Of a stretch of DNA of 64,000 nucleotides, positions 57,877 through 64,000 are shown piece by piece (position 1 is the first letter of the stretch; each line of letters begins with the position of its first letter). Both the position numbers and the translations under genes were made by a program. The stretch lies in contig CM022670.1 of assembly GCA_012295275.1 (NCBI GenBank), positions 21,762,001 through 21,826,000 on the forward strand, read 5' to 3'. Below the pieces are notes generated by a model that was not told the DNA's origin, did no database searches, and saw nothing but the letters and a program-made list of their open reading frames with translations. This DNA is from Chrysomallon squamiferum (taxonomy: Eukaryota > Animalia > Mollusca).

Positions 57877-58607
57877 TTGTGTGTGAGTACAAGCGCGTAC
57901 CCGTTTATAATCTTTAATAGAAATAGAAGAATAGTGTTACTCACTTCTTCTTTAAGTAAAGGAAAACGCACACGTACCTGGAAGTAAAGCTTTATCTCTG
58001 TTAAATCAACAGAAATTGTGGAGCCAATTGTAACTGTTACATGATTCAACGAGTCACTTACAGTAGTTAGAGGAGCGGGTGACAGCTCTTCTTCTTCTTG
58101 TAGATTCCGTCGTTTGTTATTTATTTTTTATCTTATGGTTGTTGTCTTTACCTAATTATTGTTAGGTTATTGAATAGGAAAATTATTGGACTAGGTAAAT
58201 ACAGATATAATCTTAGATAGTATTTATTCATTTATCTGTTTAATTGTTTGTTAAGTTTTAAAAATAGCAAGTATTTACTTTGGAAATGTTTATTAAAAGT
58301 TGTTTTCCAATTTTAATCTTCTTGATGGTGTTATTCATTGAATGCGAAATATGTCTATGATATTATAAAACAGTAATACGTATATATACACACATACATA
58401 TAAGCATAAAGAAGTACATACCAATATACCCATTCATTATTCAATAACCACCTCAAACTTACACATAGATACCAGCATATATGTATATGTGTGTGTGTTT
58501 GTGTGTGTACTGCGACTCTTGTGATAAAACAGTATAAGAGGGACATGTACATAATCTTATTAATCATAATAAAAAGACACTCAAAGAAAAATAAAACAAA
58601 CTTTGCA

Positions 58608-58764
58608 CAACTACATTCTGAAAATAGTGAAATGTATTAAAGTCTTCTGTTTCACATACGTAGAGAACATTTTAATTTTGATACTGATAGCAATCTTATT
58701 TGTATAGTCCAAACAAACATGCAAGGAAAACATTCTACATCATATTATTATTATTATTATTATT

Positions 58765-58799
<35 letters not shown>

Positions 58800-59560
58800 T
58801 AAAATTCACATGAGGTCTTTGAAATTAATTTTCCATTCAGTATACCTTTTTTTCTTTATTTTTAACTTTTTCAGTTTATTTTGTTTCTATTTTTTAAACC
58901 TCAAAAGCTGTAGACGAATATTAGTCCGTGGAATCCTGCGTTCGATCTTAACAGCAGTTATTGAGTATTAGCGCTGTTAATAAAATAGTTATAACTGAAA
59001 AGAACAAATATTAAATAAATAATGATAAATACATATATAATGCTAAATGTTTTGACCTCTGCTATTTTCTTCAGTCATTTTACAACAATAAATTAGATTT
59101 CTATGCATGATAAACATGCGTATTAAAGTCAAAAGTAATTTCATATTACTGAATATTTATTATTTCAAAGCATACTTAATTTACTAATACAATAATTACT
59201 TCAATGTTTGAAACGTCTACAGTTAATGTGCAGTATTTCTAAAAAGAATGAAAAATAAATAAAGGCTGGTGATTTACCTTCTGTACAGTCTGTTCCATTC
59301 CATCCTGTTTTAGATCCTGCAGTGTCACACTCTCTTGTCTGTACACCACAAGATGAGTTGTGTGAACACAGTGACGTTTTTCACACAACTTGTCACAGTT
59401 AGAACCATACTTGACTTTCAGTTCTCACGCTAATATAATATAATATAATATAACAAAACGTATAGTAAAATAACAGCGTTATGTAATATTCATAACATAA
59501 CTAAACACTAGAACAAAATTTAAAATAACGTAATATAATTATATTATAAAATGTTTAACC

Positions 59561-59615
<55 letters not shown>

Positions 59616-60179
59616 TTATTATTTTTTTTAATAGTTGTCTTCCGCCTGAAATAAAATCAGTGAAGGTAGATTGAGCACTCACATCATGAAAGGCAATTAA
59701 TTCATAGTCGACCAATCAAATAAATAAAAAAGATATAAATAAAAAATGAAGGAAAAAAAACCCCACAAAGCAGTGAATAAACAAATAAATAAATTGTGAA
59801 CATCAAATATCAAGCAGTAATAAAGCATATCTCTTGGGTACGAAAGAGAAAAATTAAACCAATTTTCTTACAATCAGTTGCAAAATATTTGTTAACTTTC
59901 ATTAATAAAGTACGACATTCCTAGATCCACTTCCCACCAACAATAAATCTTGTCAGTCTTATTTTGTTTGGTGACGTCATGAACTACAGTGGATGATTTG
60001 ATAAGAACCCCGGCAATATGGCTATTTTCCATCTACGTTCACTGATCAAAAAATAATTTAAAAAATATATATTTGTAATAAAAGTGTATACCAAACTAGA
60101 AACACTCCAAAAACAAAAAATATATATCAAGATGCATACATCGTATATATTAAAATACATATATATAATCAGATATTCA

Positions 60180-60239
<60 letters not shown>

Positions 60240-61703
60240 ACACTCACATGCACAAATAAACCAAACAAAGTGTACCTAACTCTGACAAAACTGCAAAAAA
60301 GTGTTCTCATATTAATTTTCACTGATCGCAAAAACAAAATGAAATAATAATAATAATAATAAATAAATAAATAAGGATGCAGACAGGAAAATCTACAAAA
60401 GGAAACAAAAACATATCGAATTAAGTATACCAGTATTCATATACATAGTCATAAACTTATATATATTTATTTATACACATACACAGACATACGTGGATAT
60501 TTAGGAAAAATGCACATATACAGAGAATCTTGCATATATATATATATATATATATACACATAGAAACATGAATGCATTTATATATATACACACATCCATA
60601 ATACATTCATGCATACATAATATCTTCATGCATACAAAATATATTCACGTATACATATATGTACAGTATATTTGTATACCTTCCCTAAAGTCACACCTGC
60701 CAATAGTCATTCAGGTTAAAAGGAAAAAGTTCAAAGTTGGATGCATTCACTCTCACTGCCTTATTGTACACAGTAATAATGGTATGCTCCGAGAAATAAA
60801 TGTTTACAAGTCGATGTAGAAAGTTTTAAGCGTTTGATATGTATCTGTGATCAGCTACGACAACAATCAAAATTTATATTTCTTTTTGTCTTGTGTACTT
60901 ATTTAGTTTTAGTCATAAACTACTAAACTTCTTTAACAAGAAACTTGTGAAGTGATGACAAACGTAGACAATATGCAACCGTAAACATTAATAACTTACT
61001 AAATATCCCATAAAACTGCACTGCTTTGGGTTAGTCAAGTTAAACATTGGTATGTTTAGCCCAGTGTTTCATCTGACTGCCGCTCTCACTGTGTGACTCA
61101 CTGCTGGGTGTCTAACTATCGGCACGTGTAACTAATGGGCACGAATCATTTGTAGCATTACTTACAAACCGAGCAGGAACCAGAACTTGATGTTCACTGT
61201 AGGATTTCTTTCATTCTGAATATAATTACTTATTGAACAAAAACAAAACTTAATAGGGTGCAGTACTAGTAGTAGTAATAATAGTAGTATTAGTACAGGA
61301 GTGCACACATTGTATTTCTACCTGATCAGTTAATTGTTTATGCAGTTTTTATTATTTTTTGTTTTATTTTTTTTCTAAAATTATTAATTAATTTTCATAT
61401 ATTAGTAATAATACATACATGAATACATACATACATCATATATACATCATTCATAACCTGTGCCCCACTGACAAGTATTGTTCGAGTAATACTCCAGTAA
61501 TACAGAACAGAAAAGAATGTCGTTCAGCATCCAACACTGTTGATATTGTAAATGACATTTTATTTTCAATTATGAGCGCAATATCCTTCAGTACAGAACA
61601 AAGTAAGCGCGAACGGAAAACGGATTACGTAAGAACGATTCAACGCGTGCCTAACACAAACAAAACAATCGTTCAAGTAATATGTGCACCTCTGATAATA
61701 CCA

Positions 61704-61792
<89 letters not shown>

Positions 61793-63035
61793 AAGAGTTT
61801 GAATCAACGCAAAACAAACAAACAACTTATAAATAAATAAAACTTATGTTGGTATGTATTTATGTATGAAAATTCTGAATTTGCATTTTATGACATTATT
61901 GTTCTTTAAATGTGACACACTGAAAATATGATAGTACAAATCGTGTGTGTGTATGTCTGTGTTTATATACATATAGTGTATAGTATAGTAAATATATATG
62001 CTTGTGTATGTCTATACTTGTACCTATGTCTTGTGTTTATGTATGTATGTATATAAGTAATGTAAGTCTTTTGTCTATATGTACATTTGTTTGTGTGTTT
62101 GTAAGCTTGTGTTAGTACGCGGCGCATTTGTGCTTAAAGGAAGTTTAATCTCTCACTTACCTAATTCAGTATATGTGAATAGAAAACACAGGAAAATAAC
62201 ACAAAACGAGCAATAAAAATTAAAATTAAAAATAACAATTACAGTTTCAATTTGATCAATTTGATCATAAATAGAAAATCGCGTTCAAACCGGTCCGTGA
62301 TCGTGAACAAGACAATAGCTGATTTTACAAAGCGAATAGAGTATTGTTAACTTATGTGGCTCGCTTTTCCTTTTAATGGCTCGAGAACGTATCCCTGTTT
62401 AAACAAATGTAATATGTATTTATCAGAAGCTTAAATGTCAGGCATGATTTGCTGAAGGCAGGACAAATATTTTGGCTAATGCACAATAAGACCTATTCAA
62501 AGACTCAAGATTATTTTTTTCTCTCACGTAATATCATGTTTATGATATGTTTGTCGCTCGCCTCTATTTGTACGTATTAATGTTTCCAAAGGTTAACATG
62601 ACCTGTGTTTGTGTCATTTTATTTTAATTTTCATACACAGAAGAAACACAAAATATATAAATAAGGAATATTCACGTTAAATCAGTTTTGTTGTTTTCTA
62701 CGTTTATATTTTTCCACATTTTTATTTTTTTATTTATTTATTTTTATTTTTATTTATCTGTTTATTTATTTCATTTTATTATTTATGTTTTTTTTTCACA
62801 GCAAATGTCACAGTTGTGTGGATTTTTAATATTTAAAAATAAATAACAATAACAATGCAAAGTATGTCAACATGTGTATAGTTCTGTATCAAAATCCATC
62901 TGAATGTCTCACGACGACTCTGGCTAGTGAAAACAGTGACGGACAGGATCAACTCCTATCTCAAGTTGCCGACTTCACGACAAAAATGTAAATAAATAAA
63001 TATAGCTCTGTATCAATCAGTATACGATCCTCTCA
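58608..63035. repeat. Segmental direct duplication, copy 2
   Basis: Colinear with 43237-47413. Confidence 0.92.
59278..62210 (-). pseudogene. Gene D2: decayed paralog inside duplication copy 2
   Basis: Exon-1-like donor at 62161. Broken lectin exon 59872-60041. EGF exon 59278-59429 has a TGT>TGA stop and a frameshift. Confidence 0.8.
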
Positions 63036-63103
63036 TTATTTGAATAGGAAAGTACAACTGTTTATTTGTTTGTTTGTGTGTTGTTTTTTTATTCCTTGGT
63101 TTT

Positions 63104-63143
<40 letters not shown>

Positions 63144-63734
63144 GAACGTTAAAAAATAGCAAATGTTCATTAAAAGTTTTCAAATTTTTGTCTTCTTAGC
63201 ATACAGAAATACATAGAAACATAAACATCCACGATTCAGTGACAACCACACACAGAAACATACATACACACTTGTATGTGTGTGTTTGTGTCGTGTGCGT
63301 ATATATATACTGTGACTCTGGTGACACAAGTTATTAGAAGGATGCATTTATAATCTTATTAGGTATATAAACACATTCAAACAAAAAGTAAAACAAGCAT
63401 TTTATTTGAATAAAACCAGTAGAAGCTATTACATGTAGCTGTCAAGGTCATATTTACACAGAGTTAGTCTGAAAGAATTAAAACAAGTGATATAAAATAA
63501 GTGCGAGTAACGAAGTAGTATATGTACAAAAGAGAGGCAAATGTTTTATCTAAAAAGACCTCGATAGATATCATACACAAAAAATATTTCTCTTTTTATC
63601 TAACTCGTTTTAGTAAAAAAGGAAAGTATTATAACGAAGGAATTTGTTATCATGGTATAGATTATTCTTTGTAGAAAACATATCCGAAAAATACTTTAAA
63701 TGATGACTGTTACTTTCTTTTAATTATGTCATGT

Positions 63735-64000
63735 TTATTTTGTCGTATGGAGATCCTTGATCAACACTTTCAACTTGCAAAGCATCGTAATCATTAGTGT
63801 GTTGTTGGTTACCTTGTGTTGCGTGTGTTCTGTAGATCTTCTGTTACGTTCGATAGGTCCTTGAGGTGAAGAAGAACCAGAACCATTTGCATCATCAACA
63901 ACAGCTTCGTACAGAGGATGAGCCATGGTAGTTGCTGTAGTTTGGTTTTCTCTATTTTTCTCAAAGGTTACAGACGGCTCCGTCGGTTTGGGTCTTCTCC
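63735..64000 (-). CDS. Gene E: terminal cytoplasmic exon of another gene-C-type receptor (5' part beyond the window); tail frameshifted
   Basis: Near-identical to 52621-52905 (RRPKPTEPSVTFEKNRENQ..LYEAVVDD..). A 7-nt net deletion shifts the frame before the YDAL/YDKI pair. Its 3' flank 63045-63720 matches 51425-52620. Confidence 0.7.
   Translation of the reverse strand, partial: RRPKPTEPSVTFEKNRENQTTATTMAHPLYEAVVDDANGSGSSSPQGPIERNRRSTEHTQHKVTNNTLMITMLCKLKVLIKDLHTTK

Overview
AT-rich, microsatellite-dense eukaryotic DNA with spliceosomal (GT-AG) introns, probably from an invertebrate such as a mollusc or other lophotrochozoan (taxon is inference). Most ORF-track entries are microsatellite artefacts; the real genes were assembled by hand from splice sites. 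The window holds a birth-and-death cluster of type-I receptor genes sharing one ectodomain: signal peptide, F-type lectin (fucolectin/FTP) domain and 8-Cys EGF-like repeats. Gene A (+, 7596-20848, 26 exons, about 1085 aa) ends in a tandem tyrosine-phosphatase module with intact D1 catalytic motifs and a dead D2. Gene C (-, 57539-52621) has nearly the same first six exons and introns but a short tail with an ITAM-like YDAL-x10-YDKI; its TM exon carries a 1-nt frameshift unless rescued. Other copies (B, D1, D2, E, orphan first exons) are truncated or have altered tails. Differences between copies are mostly amino-acid-changing and cluster in the lectin loops. Together this suggests a candidate paired glycan-sensing receptor system (phosphatase versus ITAM-like). 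Also present: Tc1, Gypsy and DDE-transposase relics, two MITEs, several satellites, a 4.2-4.4 kb direct duplication and a 200-N scaffold gap.
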